Shown here piece by piece: positions 1-11,650 of a stretch of DNA of 64,000 nucleotides; position 1 is the stretch's first letter; every line of letters begins with the position of its first letter. The position numbers and the translations under genes were made by a program. Location of the stretch: positions 124,001 to 188,000 of the forward strand of contig OZ218959.1 in the NCBI GenBank assembly GCA_965112735.1. The letters run 5' to 3'. The notes below the pieces were generated by a model. The model was not told the origin of the DNA and searched no databases. It saw only the letters and a list, made by a program, of their open reading frames with translations. The DNA is from Phaeosaccion multiseriatum (Eukaryota; Protista; Ochrophyta, other classes).

Positions 1-42
1 CACTCACTCACTCACTCCCCCCCCTCCCTGTATGACCAACAG

Positions 43-2852
43 GTGGAGCACGCCATGCGCGGCTGCATCGTGACGGCTCCTAACTACGACACCATGCAGA
101 TGCTGTACATGGCCAGAAGACTGTTTCAGAAGGAGCGCCTGTCTCCACAGGCCAAGCAGGACCTCAACAGGCGCTTCGCAGAGGGGTACAAGATACTCAT
201 CAGCATTGTGAGGCATTGTGGAGCGTGGCGCTAGGGATAGAGGGAGGAAGATGTGTGGCTCCTTGTCTCCTTAGGGATAGAGGGAGGAAGATGTGTGGCT
301 CCTTGTCTCCTTAGGGATAGAGGGAGGAAGACGTGTGGCTCCTTGTCTCCTTAGGGATAGAGGGAGGAAGATGTGTGGCTCCTTGTCTCCTTAGACTTGA
401 CTTGCCCACCACCAGATGTGTGGCCTACTCGCCTGCTTGTGCGATGCACTCACCCCTCTCTGTCTGCTGTGCGAATGTCGAATGTTTGGGAACTTGTCTG
501 TGAGCAGTTTGCGCAGAAGGGAGGGGAGGCTGCCGCCGCCGCTGGTGCTGCTGCGGGTGCTGCTGCGGCTGCGAACGGACACGACGAGTACCACTGCGAG
601 GTGGAGAAACAACGCGCCATGGAGGAGGAGGCCGCCAAGTGAGTGTTGGGGTTAGGGGGTAGTGGGGGCCCAAACTAGTGGGGGCCCATAGTAGTGCCCA
701 TAGTGGTGCCCATAGTAGTGCCCATAGTAGTGCCCATAGTAGTGTCCATAGTAGTGCCCTCCGTCGAGCTCAAGCTCTACAAAGGCGGCCAGTCCTATGG
801 GCAGGGGAAGGGGAAGGGGCAGGGGAAGGGGCGGGCAGGCGTATGAGCGTAGGATGCTCGGCAAAGAGATGCGAGAGGGAGGCACTGCGACTGCCTGCGT
901 GTGTGCGTATGTGCGTGTATGTGCGTGTGTGTGCGCGTGCGTGCTCCGTGCCCCACTCTGTATGTGGCAGCACTGTACGTGGCAGCACGCTCACCGCCGC
1001 TCCCCCCCCCCCCTAAGGTACATGCCGGCAGATGCGCGAGGGCTCCGAGACGACATCCACGCCTACCGAGCCAAGCTCAGCAAAGCAGGGCTCAGGGACC
1101 ATCAGGTCAGCCGTTTCACACCCTCTCTGTCTCGCACACACACCATTACATCCTCTTTGTGTCTCTCTCACACCCTCTCTGTGGCTCTCCCTCCATCTCA
1201 CACACACACTCTCTCTCACACGCTCTCCCCCCCACCATATACTGCCATCTCACCAGGTGCCCACGATCGGGCGCATCTCCATCTTCCGCACCATCTACAC
1301 GCTGCTGCACCTCCTTGTGGTTGGCGCGCTTACCCTGTTCCCGTCCCTCATCCTCAACGCACCCGTGGGCCTCATTGCGAGGTGTGTCATGTGGTGTATC
1401 ACCAACTGATGTGTCGTTGGCATTGTCACAGGGCATGGCACGCGTTGCTTTGCTGTGTTCCCTCCTCCCTCCTCGATGGTTTGGCTCTGACCCTTCGTGT
1501 GTTCCTCTTCATCCTCCCCTCCCGTGGCTGCCCTCCCCCTGCCCCCGCTTGCCTCCCCTTGCCTCCCCTTGCCCCCCCCCCCCCCGTCCCTTCAGGATTC
1601 TTGCTGCCCAGGAGCGCAAGAAGGCTCTGGCTGGATCTGTGGTGAAGATCGCGGGAAGGGACGTGATGATGTCTAAGAAGGTGAGGTCATTTGTCGACAC
1701 CTCCGCCTCTTTCTCCGTGTATGTGTCTGTATCTCTCTCTATCTCCCTCTCGCCCCTCTCTCTTTTCTAAGAGCTATCTGCAGCAATCTAGAGCTGTGTA
1801 TTCTACTCTCTGTCCCTCTCTTCCGTCCCTCTTGTATCTCTCAGGTGGTCATCTCTATCGTGCTGGTGCTGTGTATTCTACTCTCTCTCTCTCACTCTTC
1901 TCTATCTTCTTGTATCTCTCAGGTGGTCATCTCTATCGTGCTGGTGCCTCTGCTGTGGGCCTTGTACGCCGTGCTGCTCTTCACGCTGTCTCCGTGGGAC
2001 GCCTCCACGTGTGCTTTCATCATTCTGTGCATGCCCCTCTTCAGCTACTTCGCCATCCTGGCCACGGAGTCCTCTTTCGTTGACTTGAGGGCCATTCTGC
2101 CGCTGCTCTACAGGCTCAGGTACGTAGGTGCAAGGGTTGGTTCTACGCGAGTGAAGGGTGTCCGCATCGCTGACGGTTGTGTGCCCGTTTCCATGAGGGA
2201 ATCATTGCTTGTTTGGCCCCAGCTCATGTCTCTTGCCGCTTTCTCGCTGTCCTCTCTCTCTCTCTCTCTCTCTTGTGCGTGCCCCCCCCCCCCCCTCCAG
2301 GCCATCCATGAGGAGAGAAATGGCGCAGCTGCCCGCAGAGAGGCGCCAGCTGCAGAAGCGCATCCGGGCCTTCGTGAAGGAAGTGGGTCCCTCTTTGGGC
2401 CCCGTGTACAACGACGCAGACCTCAAGTGGGGCCAAGTGATTGAACAGGCCAAGTCCACCGCTTGGGTACAGGTGCGTGCGTGCGTGCGTGCGTGGGTGC
2501 GTGGGTGCGTGGGTGCGTGGGTGCGTGGGTGTGTGCGTGGGTGCGCGGGTGCGTGCACACGGCACTCGTACTCGGCAGGAGGGGAAGGAAGGGGAAAGAA
2601 GGGGTGAAAGAGCAGCAGCCGGCCTCGGATGCCTCGGAGGCCTCGGAGGCTCACTACCCCTCTCCACAAAGTCTCGATTCCACTGCCACCCCTCATCCCC
2701 CGCCTCTAACCCCTCTCCATCCACTGCCATCCCTCTCCTCTACCTCTTCTCCCGAGCAGGAGATGGCAGGCAGGGCGGCCCACGCGATGGAGCCCTCAAA
2801 GTACGACTCGCCCCCTCCCACCCCCAGTGCAAAGGCCAAGAAGGCCAATTAA
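43..2852 (+). CDS. Glycerol-3-phosphate O-acyltransferase, Sct1/Gpt2 (fungal-type) family; 5'-partial, spliced
   Basis: Phase-consistent GT-AG exons 43-207, 508-638, 1018-1105, 1257-1381, 1596-1680, 1923-2119, 2301-2472, 2760-2852. The translation has the family C-terminal motifs VTAPNYDT..MARRLF, DLNRRFAEGY, GLRDHQV and ALAGSVVKIAGRDV, plus hydrophobic TM segments. Confidence 0.85.
233..393. repeat. Intronic 40-bp minisatellite x4 (agggatagagggaggaagatgtgtggctccttgtctcctt)
   Basis: Four near-perfect tandem copies read directly. Confidence 0.95.
684..759. repeat. 12-bp tandem repeat (gcccatagtagt) x~6, intronic
   Basis: Read directly. Confidence 0.9.
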
Positions 2853-3869
2853 GGCTGGCCAACCAGCGGGCCCAACAAGCGGGTCCGGCCGGGGGGATGG
2901 CAGCGGATGGATGAGGATGGCAACCGCAGAGGGGCTCGACAGAAGGCTTCCCGTGTTAGTGGTCACCTCTGAGCGTGTGTGTGTGGGACTCGAATCAATT
3001 TCAACATGTGTATGTAAGGAACTATTGCTGCTGCAGTTGGGAGGGAGAGAGAGAAAGAGGGAGGGAGGGAGGGAGGGAGGGAGGGTGGGATGGAGGGGGT
3101 AAAGCTGGTGAGGGACGTGTGTGCTCGAGGAACATGGCGCAGGCTTGCCTCAGTTTGGCTTGCCTCAGCGGGATGGCAGCGGATGGGGTGCCCAGCCGCA
3201 CAGACGCACAGACCAGTCTCTTTGGAATGGAAGGGCTTTCTCTGTTTGGAATGGAAGGGCTTTGCTTCCTCTCCACAGACGGTCTTGGGGAGCTTGGCGC
3301 TCACCACGACACATCCCCCGGTGGGTCATGTCATGCGTGGGGGGAAGATACGCACAGGCCTGGCGGTATGGTGGAGGTGTTGTGGTGGATCGCTCCTCTT
3401 GTGTGTCTCCTTCTCTGACTGAAGGGAGGCAAGGGGCAGCAAGGCGGCATGGAAGGGATTTTCATCCGCCATGGTGTGAAGCAACATCCTCCAGCCCAGG
3501 CCAGTCGTCGCCAGTCGTTGGGGTTGAAGAAGAGAAGGGTCACAGCGGGCTTGGATCGTGGTCACCGGATGAGTCCGCCGGGGCAAGTAGGTGGAATGCC
3601 GGCGACGAAGTCTAGAGGTCCGTCTCGCTGGCAAGCTTGTCTGTTGACACATGCCGGACACGGAAACGGCCTGTTGTGGCTGGCACCTTCGTGGGCGGCG
3701 TTCCGACTACTCACTTCTTTCGTTGCCCGGAGTGGCCTATCCCGAGGTCCCGTTCCACGCCCGCTGCTTCCCTTCCCTTTCCCTGCTTCGCTAACGATGG
3801 CTGGAGCATGTGGCGTTGCGCACACAAGGGCCCCCTGCCTGACGGCACGACAGAGAGACCAAGGAGCGC

Positions 3870-4695
3870 AGAGAGAGCAGCAAGGAGGGCGAGGGAGCAG
3901 AGAGGGCAGATACAGAGCAGCAGGGAGAGCAGCAGGGAGAGAGAGAGCAGCAGGGAGAGAGCAGCAGGGAGAGAGCAGCAGGGAGAGAGCAGCAGGGAGA
4001 GAGAGAGCACAGAGGGCAGCAGGGAGAGAGCAGCAGGGAGAGAGCAGCAGGGAGAGAGCAGCAGGGAGAGAGAGCAGCAGGGAGAGAGAGAGCACAGAGG
4101 GAGGGCAGCAGGGAGAGAGCAGCAGGGAGAGAGAGAGCACAGAGGGCAGCAGGGAGAGAGCAGCAGGGAGAGAGCAGCAGGGAGAGAGCAGCAGGGAGAG
4201 AGCAGCAGGGAGAGAGCAGCAGGGAGAGAGAGCAGCAGGGAGAGAGAGCACAGAGGGAGGGCAGCAGGGAGAGAGCAGCAGGGAGAGAGCAGCAGGGAGA
4301 GAGCAGCAGGGAGAGAGCAGCAGGGAGAGAGCAGCAGGGAGAGAGCAGCAGGGAGAGAGAGAGCACAGAGGGCAGCAGGGAGAGAGCAGCAGGGAGAGAG
4401 AGAGCACAGAGGGAGGGCAGCAGGGAGAGAGCAGCAGGGAGAGAGCAGCAGGGAGAGAGCAGCAGGGAGAGAGAGAGCACAGAGGGCAGCAGGGAGAGAG
4501 CAGCAGGGAGAGAGAGAGCACAGAGGGAGGGCAGCAGGGAGAGAGCAGCAGGGAGAGAGCAGCAGGGAGAGAGCAGCAGGGAGAGAGAGAGCACAGAGGG
4601 CAGCAGGGAGAGAGCAGCAGGGAGAGAGAGAGCACAGAGAGCAGCAGGGAGAGAGCAGAGAGAGCAGAGAGGGCAGAGAGAGCGGACAGAGCAGG
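3870..4695. repeat. GA-rich compound minisatellite (gagagagcagcagg)n
   Basis: About 800 bp of ~14-bp units with variants; produces spurious ORFs in all frames. Confidence 0.95.
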
Positions 4696-5166
4696 AGGGA
4701 GGGCACTGAGTGGCTGTGCTTCGCCTGACGTGCGAGTGGAGGTCTCGTCTGAAGACCGTCTGGAGCGTGGCGTCGGCGCCAAGGGAAGGGCAACGGAAGT
4801 GCCTCACTGAGGTTTGAGTTGGCAAGGGAAGGGCAGCGGAAGCCTCTCACGGCACGGAGTTTTGACTTGGGACGACGGAAGGAACGTGCCGAACGTCTGA
4901 CAAGTTCGCAGTGCGGCTTCGAAAGTCGACGTCCAATGTCAACTTGAAGCGATCGCTTGTGCCTCCTCCTCTCTCTACTGTTGACGAGAGCAGCGCGCGA
5001 GTGAGGAGGTGGGGAGTGGTGGAGCAACTCGTGAGGAGGTGGGCCAGGCGCAGCACCAAGTGGTGTCAGGAGCGTGGGAACAACTCTACTGGTAACGTTA
5101 AGATACAACTGCGAGCTTACTATTTGACTTCGAGCTTAGCTATCCTATTTAACTTCGAGCTTAGGG

Positions 5167-6339
5167 CTATCCTATTTCGTCCGTGTCCATATCGTCTTGT
5201 CGGGCTGCTCCCTCCCCTGCCCCCCCTGCCCCCCCTGCCCCCCCCCTCCCTTGCGGAGCACCCCCCGCCTCTGCCTCGGCCTCCGCCACGAGCCCAAGCT
5301 GCTCCTTCACAAGTCGGGCCTCGTCCCCAAAGGGAAAGTCTTTCGAAAGTAGTGCAGAGGGCAGGCAGGAGGCAGCAGCAGCAGCAGCAGTAGCAGTTGG
5401 TGATACAGCAGCAGCATCAGCAGCAGCAGGAGCAGTTGGTGATACAGAGGAGGACACAAATGAAATACATAACAGTCCACATGGGAGGGAGAGCACAGCA
5501 GGATAGAGAAGGCACAGAGCAGGCACAGAGCAGGCGGTCGTGGGCACGGAGGATGACGTAGGCAGGCTCGGCAAGGCTCAGTAGCTCAGATAGTGATGCC
5601 TTCCCTCCCTCCCTTCTTGGGGCAAGCTTCAGCGAGAACGCAAGCCAGTTCCTCGTTGCCTCTGTTGGCAACAAGACTGCCAGTGCGGCAGGCTTGACCC
5701 ATAAACCTCCACGCTGGCCCATACACCTCCACATTGGCCCCTCACCTTCGCCCTGCGCCCTCCGCTGCTCCTCTACCTTGGCGAGGATGCCCGCCGCCCT
5801 CTCCAAGTGCTCCCTGGCGTGGAAGCAGTCGGGCGGCTCGAGCTTGAAGAAGGCCACGCCCATGAGGTACCACACCTCCACGTTGTCTTCGTCCTCCAGC
5901 AGTACGCCGCTCAGCAGCTCCAGGGCCTTAAGAGAGGAGAGGAGCACGACAAACAGCGGCAGGATAGATGGGTCAGCAACAGCAACAGGGTGGGCAACAA
6001 GAGGGGCCTCTGATCAAAAGAGACTGGGTGCCCACAGTGCCCACCTGCTCGCAAGGGTCCGGCTGTCCCTCGTGAGTGCCCTCTCCCTTCAAAGGGCTGC
6101 CCTGCGGGGCGGGGCTTGCACCGTCGCTGCACTCCAGCAGGAGCTTGGCCATCGCCACACGGACCTCGTACTCGGGGGGCGGCTCTGTGATTGATACACG
6201 TGTTGGTGATACAGGGTGAGGGAGGGCAGGCAGCAGGGGTGAGAGAGAGGGAGAGGGCTCTCACGCCACACACGCACAGAGCATTGGGATTGGGAGAATG
6301 TAGGTAGAGGGGCTTCCCCCCCGTGGCAGCGCGGCTCCA

Positions 6340-6371
<32 letters not shown>

Positions 6372-8047
6372 AGCTGCTTGGAGGTGCGATAGGGGACAGG
6401 CGCACGCACACACACGCACACACACACGCACACACACGCACACGCACGCACACACACACACAAAGCCCTCGCGCATGACTGACGCCGCCAATCGAGGAGC
6501 CCAAGTCGGCAGTGATACAGCAACGATACAGCAGTGATAGAGCAGCCATACAGTAGGGATAGAGCCATCCACCACCCAGCCCAGGCAGAAGGAGCCTCAG
6601 TCCTCCCCACCCCTTACTGCCTTACCAAGGCCCTTGAGCCTCCCATATGCCTGCGTGATGGCCTCCCTAGCCTCCTCCCTTCTCCTCTGACTGAGCCTGA
6701 GGCTGGCCAGGGCCTGCAGAGGCTCGTGCCCGCTGCTGTCTGCTGCCATCGCGTCTCTTAGCGCTGCCTCGCACGCCTCCTCGGCCCCATCCTCCTGCAA
6801 ACACAAGGCAAGGCCATGAAAGGCCAGGCAGGGAGGGGTGGTGTGAGGTAATGGTGCATGAGAGAGAGACTCGGGGCCAGCGAGCAAGCTGAGGGCGCTG
6901 ACATGAGAGAGCTCCCCTCCCTCCCTCCCTCCCTCCCTGCCCCCCCCCCCCGCAGCCACCCCCCTCCTCCCTCTCCCCCCCTGCTCACCATGCACAAGTC
7001 TGTCATGTAAAGCTCCGCCACGCTGCAGTGCGAGGCGCTGAGCTGCTGCCCCAGCAAGGCCTTCGTCTCCGCCGAGGTGGCCGCTGCTCCATCTCTCACC
7101 AACAGCGTCTGCGCCTTGCGAAACATGCCCAGCGCCTCCTTGCCCTCCGCCAGCTGCGCCAGATAGAGCCATTTGCCGGCGTGCGCATCGGGGTTAAGTG
7201 CAGCGCTCCTCCTCAGCGCGTCCCCTGCTTGCTCCATGAGGCCCATTTGCATCATGAGGTCCCCGGCCTCGTCGAGCAGGGACTCCTCGTGCGGGTACAG
7301 CTCCATGGCTTTGAGGTAGAACTTAAGGCCGAGCTCGGGCTCCAGAGTGTCCACGGCATGCCGGGCCTGGGAGGAGAAAGAGGTTCAGGGATTGGGAGAG
7401 GGAAGGTGTGTGTGTGTGTGTGTGGGTGTGAAGTCAAAGAGAGGTGGAGAGCGAGGAGGGAAGGAGAGAGGAAGGGAAAGGGAGAGAGGGAAAGTCAAGA
7501 GACAGAAAGGGAAAATGGAAAAGAGAGATGGAGGTATGAGTGAGAGCGAGACGGAGAAAAGAGGAGAGAGGGAAATGAGAGAGAGCGAGGGTGTGTGTGT
7601 GAGAGAGGGAGAGTGACTGAGGGGGGGCAAAGAGACAAAAGGAAAAAGAGGGACGGAGCAGGCGCACCAGAACGGACGATACAGGCGGGCATGGCATCAC
7701 TCGAAGGTATTCCCAAGAAATTCGTCACCCCTTCCTCTTCCCAAGTCGAGTCGTGAAGCTCGATAGCCTCAGTTGGTTAATCACTATTGGATGCCCGTCA
7801 CACGCATCCTGGAGAGCCTCCTAACTCACGGAAAGCCTCCTCACTCCTCACTCATCACTGATGGAGAGTCGCCTCACTCCTCACTTACCTGCTCCATGAG
7901 TCTATCCAGCTGGACATCGCCGGACGCCCCTCCAGCTGCAGCCGCCCCTGCCTCACTAGCGTCACCTGTTTTCCCATTCGCCCCTCGATCTCGAGCTCGC
8001 CGCTTACTCTTCCCCTTGCCTTTTCCCTTTCCTCTGCCCGGTGGCAT
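5167..8047 (-). CDS. ACL4: Assembly chaperone of Rpl4 (Acl4-like TPR protein), spliced
   Basis: Exons approx 8047-7889, 7366-6989, 6794-6626, 6184-6045, 5926-5746, 5339-5167. Motifs KWLYLAQL, SVAELYMTDLCM-EDGAEEACE, EPLQALASLRLSQ, PEYEVRVAMAKLLLE and EDEDNVEVWYLMG are typical of Acl4. Confidence 0.85.
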
Positions 8048-8114
8048 ATTTCACTGTCGAACGGCCTTGCTTGTCTCTTAAAGAGAGGGAAGGGAGGGCC
8101 GGGAGGGCTGAGCT

Positions 8115-8150
8115 CTGCCATCTGTGACACGGGTCGAGTTCTACTTCCCC
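8115..8150. repeat. 36-bp direct repeat, copy 1 (CTGCCATCTGTGACACGGGTCGAGTTCTACTTCCCC)
   Basis: 33/36 identical to 11651-11686, same orientation. Confidence 0.9.
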
Positions 8151-8511
8151 AGGACGTGAGCGCAATTTTTTTCAGTCCACTTTCTCGAAGAAGAAATCTC
8201 GATAGCGCGCTATCGGGCCCCGGCGATAGCGGATAGCGTGCCGGCTGGCGCCGGCCGATAGCACGCCCCAACAACCCCCCCCCCCCACCCCCCCTTACTC
8301 CCATCCACCCCGTTGGATTCCCGAAAATCCCACTCGTCCCCCCGGGCCGGGCGGGTGGGGAAACTTTTGCTGTCGCTGCCGTCTCCTTCGCGCGGTGGAC
8401 TGCTGGGCTGCCCCCTTCGCTGTCCTTCTCACCGCGCTGAGCTCTTCGGCACTTGCTACGACTCTTGCGACGCCGTACTCGCGTCACCTCCCCTTTCACA
8501 GTAGTGATTGC

Positions 8512-8891
8512 TTCGACCCCTGACACGCTATCGCGCCCCGGCGGGCCCGATAGCGCGCTATCGGCCGCCGGCCAATAGCGGATAGCGTGCCGGCTGGCGC
8601 CGGCCGATAGCGGATAGCGTGCCGGCTGGCGCCGGCCGATAGCGGATAGCGCGCCGGCTGGCGTCAGCTCTCCCCCCCCCCCCCCCCCGGTGCGGTAGCA
8701 GCTGACGCTGGCGATAGCGGATAGCGCGCCGGCTGGCGCCGGCGATAGCGGATAGCGAGCCGGCTGCGCGCCGGCGATAGCGGATAGCGAGCCGGCTGCG
8801 CCGGCGATAGCGGATAGCGCGCCGGAGATAGCGGATAGCGTGCCGGCTGGCGCCGGCGATAGCGTTAGCGGATAGCGTGTCAGGGGTCGAA
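8512..8891. mobile_element. Non-autonomous DNA transposon (MITE-like), 380 bp, 21-bp TIR, 4-bp TSD
   Basis: Perfect inverted termini TTCGACCCCTGACACGCTATC (8512-8532) and GATAGCGTGTCAGGGGTCGAA (8871-8891). Flanked by TTGC at 8508-8511 and 8892-8895. The interior is an array of GATAGCG and CCGGCTGGCG units. Confidence 0.8.
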
Positions 8892-9089
8892 TTGCTGAGT
8901 ACGGGCTCCTTGTACCCCTGTAGGGTAAGCCTCATGTACGTAAGGCCGTTGAGCCGTTGCGCCAGCTGGCGTACGCATGCCCTGCCTTCTACACATCCAT
9001 TTTCTCCTTTCCATCTGCCTATCCTACGCTGCTTGAAAATACGTTTTTCGACCTATCGACTCGTAAACTCGCTCTGTTCGAAAAAACAG

Positions 9090-9797
9090 TTTTTGACGCC
9101 AAATCGCCAAAAAACGATTTTTTTTGACGACGTTTGACGACGCTTTAGCCCCCTATTTGACGCCCTTTGACGCCCTTTGACGCACTGTGACGCCCTTAAT
9201 TCGCCTTAATTTCGTCTAAAAAAAAAAAAATCACGGAAAAGGGCGTCAAAGGGCGTCAAAGAGCGTCAAAAGGCGTCAAAAGGCGTCAAAGGGCGTCAAA
9301 TATATATATATACTGTGATTTCGCGGTTGAGTGGCACTTTTTACGCCCAATTACGCCCCATTAATTTTTTTTAACGCCAAATGACGACTTTTTTTGACGA
9401 CGTTTGACGACGCTTTAGCCCCCTATTTGACGCCCTTTTACGCCCTTTTACGCCCTTTTACGTGATTTTTTTTTACGTGATATTTTTTAGACGAAATTAA
9501 GGCGAATTAAGATAAAAGGGCGTCAAAGAGCGTAAAAGGGCGTAAAAGGGCGTCAAATAGGGGGCTAAAGCGTCGTCAAACGTCGTCAAACGTCGTAAAA
9601 AAAGTCGTCATTTGGCGTAAAAAAAAATTAATGGGGCGTAATTGGGCGTAAAAAGTGCCACTCAACCGCGAAATCACAGTAGGGGCTAATAATAATAAAG
9701 CGTCGTCAACCATCGTCAAACGTCGTAAAAAAAATCTTCATTTTGGCGTCAAAAAAAATTTATGGGGCGTCAAAAGTGCCACTCAAAACCGCGAAAC
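9090..9797. mobile_element. Older, degenerate foldback MITE copy that hosts a nested insertion
   Basis: Shares the gacgccc/gggcgtc arrays and the core ttaattcgccttaatttcgtc with 9313-9679, in opposite orientation. Split at aaaTA|ggggct. Confidence 0.7.
9313..9679. mobile_element. Tc1/mariner-type foldback MITE with long TIRs and TA target duplication
   Basis: Begins CTGTGATTTCGCGGTTGAGTGGCAC and ends GTGCCACTCAACCGCGAAATCACAG. Inverted arms exceed 100 bp, with TA on both sides (9311-9312 and 9680-9681). Confidence 0.85.
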
Positions 9798-10157
9798 GAT
9801 CGCGGTCGGGCGGGATATCCGGGCGGGGCGCCCTTAACGCGACGTCTTAGACCCAACATTTTTCACTCCGGAACGCGACGACCTTGTGATTTTTGTACCA
9901 CCAAGAATCGCATCTCTCGCAAAGTTGGACAAGGTTTTTCAATTAATTTCTTGAAGAAGGGATCGAAGAAGGGATCGCTGATGCCACCAACATCACCAAT
10001 AGCGCCAAGGCATCGAAGGAGGCACTCGTGGCAGCCAAGAAGGCTGAAGCAACCAAACGCACCAAGTATGGGGTCGGGAATAAATGGCACTTAGCGCAAC
10101 TCCCCCGATGTTGGTTCCTTCCCAATTTTCTCCCTCTCCTAATTAAGGGTGAGTACT

Positions 10158-11549
10158 ATGGAGGGCACCACGCCGAAGGGACGTGCGAAGGGGAGGGGCG
10201 GCGTGATGGAAGAAGGTCATCAAAGGACCGGTGGAGCGGGGTGGGACTTACCGAAGAGCCCCAGACTCAGCAGCAGCGGGCCTGCGGCATTGAGGGTGGT
10301 TGCCGGCCGTGTTTCGACCAAGGCTCCGTGGGGCGTATGCAAGGAGGTGGACAAGTTAACTTCCCGCGCTTTGGTGATCAACGCCGACATGCCACAAGCT
10401 ATCCAGTCACGGGTGCTGAGTATGCTGAAGCAACAGCAACAGCGGGAGCGCGAGGAGACACAACGCCTTGCTGCGGCTTCCTCCCCTCCTCCCGCCTCCA
10501 TGAGGGGAAGACATGCCGTGGAAGGGCTTCGAAGGTCGCGGAGGGTTAGGGCGAGGCAGCCGGACCATGGTATGGCGGGCTCCTTTCGCGTCAGGGCGGT
10601 GCGCCTCGGCATCCAACGTCAAGGCGCTGACGAGCTGGCCCCAACTGATGCGGCTCTTGCTCTCAAAGTGTTGGCACTGTTGCCAATGTTGGTCAAGCTT
10701 GTGCATTTCTCCGAGCTCTTTGATGCTTGCGACGTTGTTGTGCCGAGCGGCGTGGAGGAGGTGGAGTTCCCACCATTGTCGTGGTTCAACAGGCGTATCG
10801 GTCTTCCTTCCTCACTGAAGAAGGTCACTTTTGGGGATGCCTTCAATCAGGCTGATTTGGTGCTACCAAGCTCTCTGGAGGAGCTCAAGTTTTCAGCTGC
10901 CTCAGAGTTCAACAGGCCAATCGTTCTCCCTTCCTCGCTGAAGAAGGTCACTTTTGGCCGGCACTTCAATCAGGCTGATTTGGTGCTACCCAGCTCTCTG
11001 GAGGAGCTGGAGTTTTCAGCTACCTCAAGGTTCAGCAAGCCAATCGTTCTCCCTTCCTTGCTGAAGAAGCTCACTTTTGGTTATGCCTTTCAACGTCATT
11101 TCGTCCTTCCCAATGGTGTGGAGGAGGTGCTCATGGGGTGGGACTTTAACCTCCCCCTGGACCTACCTTCCTCGCTGAAGAAGGTCACTTTTGGAACACA
11201 GTTCAATCAGGCTGATTTGGTGTTACCAAACTCTCTGGAGGAGCTGGAATTTTCAGATGTCTCACTTTTCAACAGGCCAATCGATCTCCCCCCCTCGCTG
11301 AAGGTCACTTTTGGAAGAGACTTCAATCAGCCTGTGGTCCTTCCCAATGGTGTAGAGGAGGTACGCATGGGACGTGACTTTAACTTCCCCCTGGACCTCC
11401 CTCCCTCTCTGCGGGCTCTTACACTGAGTCCTCGGTACTCCTGCCCTCTTTCGAGCCTACCTGCTGGGCTGAAGAAGCTTACGGTGGGGTGGGGATACCG
11501 GCTGCCTGCAGATCGACCCGAGGGGCTTCACGTAGACCATCAACACTAA
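10158..11549 (+). CDS. FNIP/LRR-like repeat protein, apparently intronless
   Basis: Open frame of about 463 aa with ~11 repeats of the type LPSSLKKVTFGxxFNQ..LVLPSSLEELEFS...FNRPI, the FNIP-repeat signature. The start is uncertain (a gtgagt donor-like site lies at 10149). Confidence 0.85.
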   Translation: MEGTTPKGRAKGRGGVMEEGHQRTGGAGWDLPKSPRLSSSGPAALRVVAGRVSTKAPWGVCKEVDKLTSRALVINADMPQAIQSRVLSMLKQQQQREREETQRLAAASSPPPASMRGRHAVEGLRRSRRVRARQPDHGMAGSFRVRAVRLGIQRQGADELAPTDAALALKVLALLPMLVKLVHFSELFDACDVVVPSGVEEVEFPPLSWFNRRIGLPSSLKKVTFGDAFNQADLVLPSSLEELKFSAASEFNRPIVLPSSLKKVTFGRHFNQADLVLPSSLEELEFSATSRFSKPIVLPSLLKKLTFGYAFQRHFVLPNGVEEVLMGWDFNLPLDLPSSLKKVTFGTQFNQADLVLPNSLEELEFSDVSLFNRPIDLPPSLKVTFGRDFNQPVVLPNGVEEVRMGRDFNFPLDLPPSLRALTLSPRYSCPLSSLPAGLKKLTVGWGYRLPADRPEGLHVDHQH

Positions 11550-11650
11550 TTGGAATTTATCACTAATTTTCAAGCCTACTAGAATGTCCCGTGCAGATTT
11601 CGACAGTGTTCCAACCGCATGGGTCCGCGGGAGGAAGGCGAAAGTGCGCC

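Noticed and set aside
233-393. CRISPR-like regular repeats (also 41220-41375, 44191-44279, 52709-52819)
   Set aside because: Head-to-tail units with no unique spacers, eukaryotic context and no cas genes.
3449-5108. Long overlapping ORFs (344-465 aa) in six frames
   Set aside because: They arise from the stop-free GA-rich minisatellite; no protein-like content.
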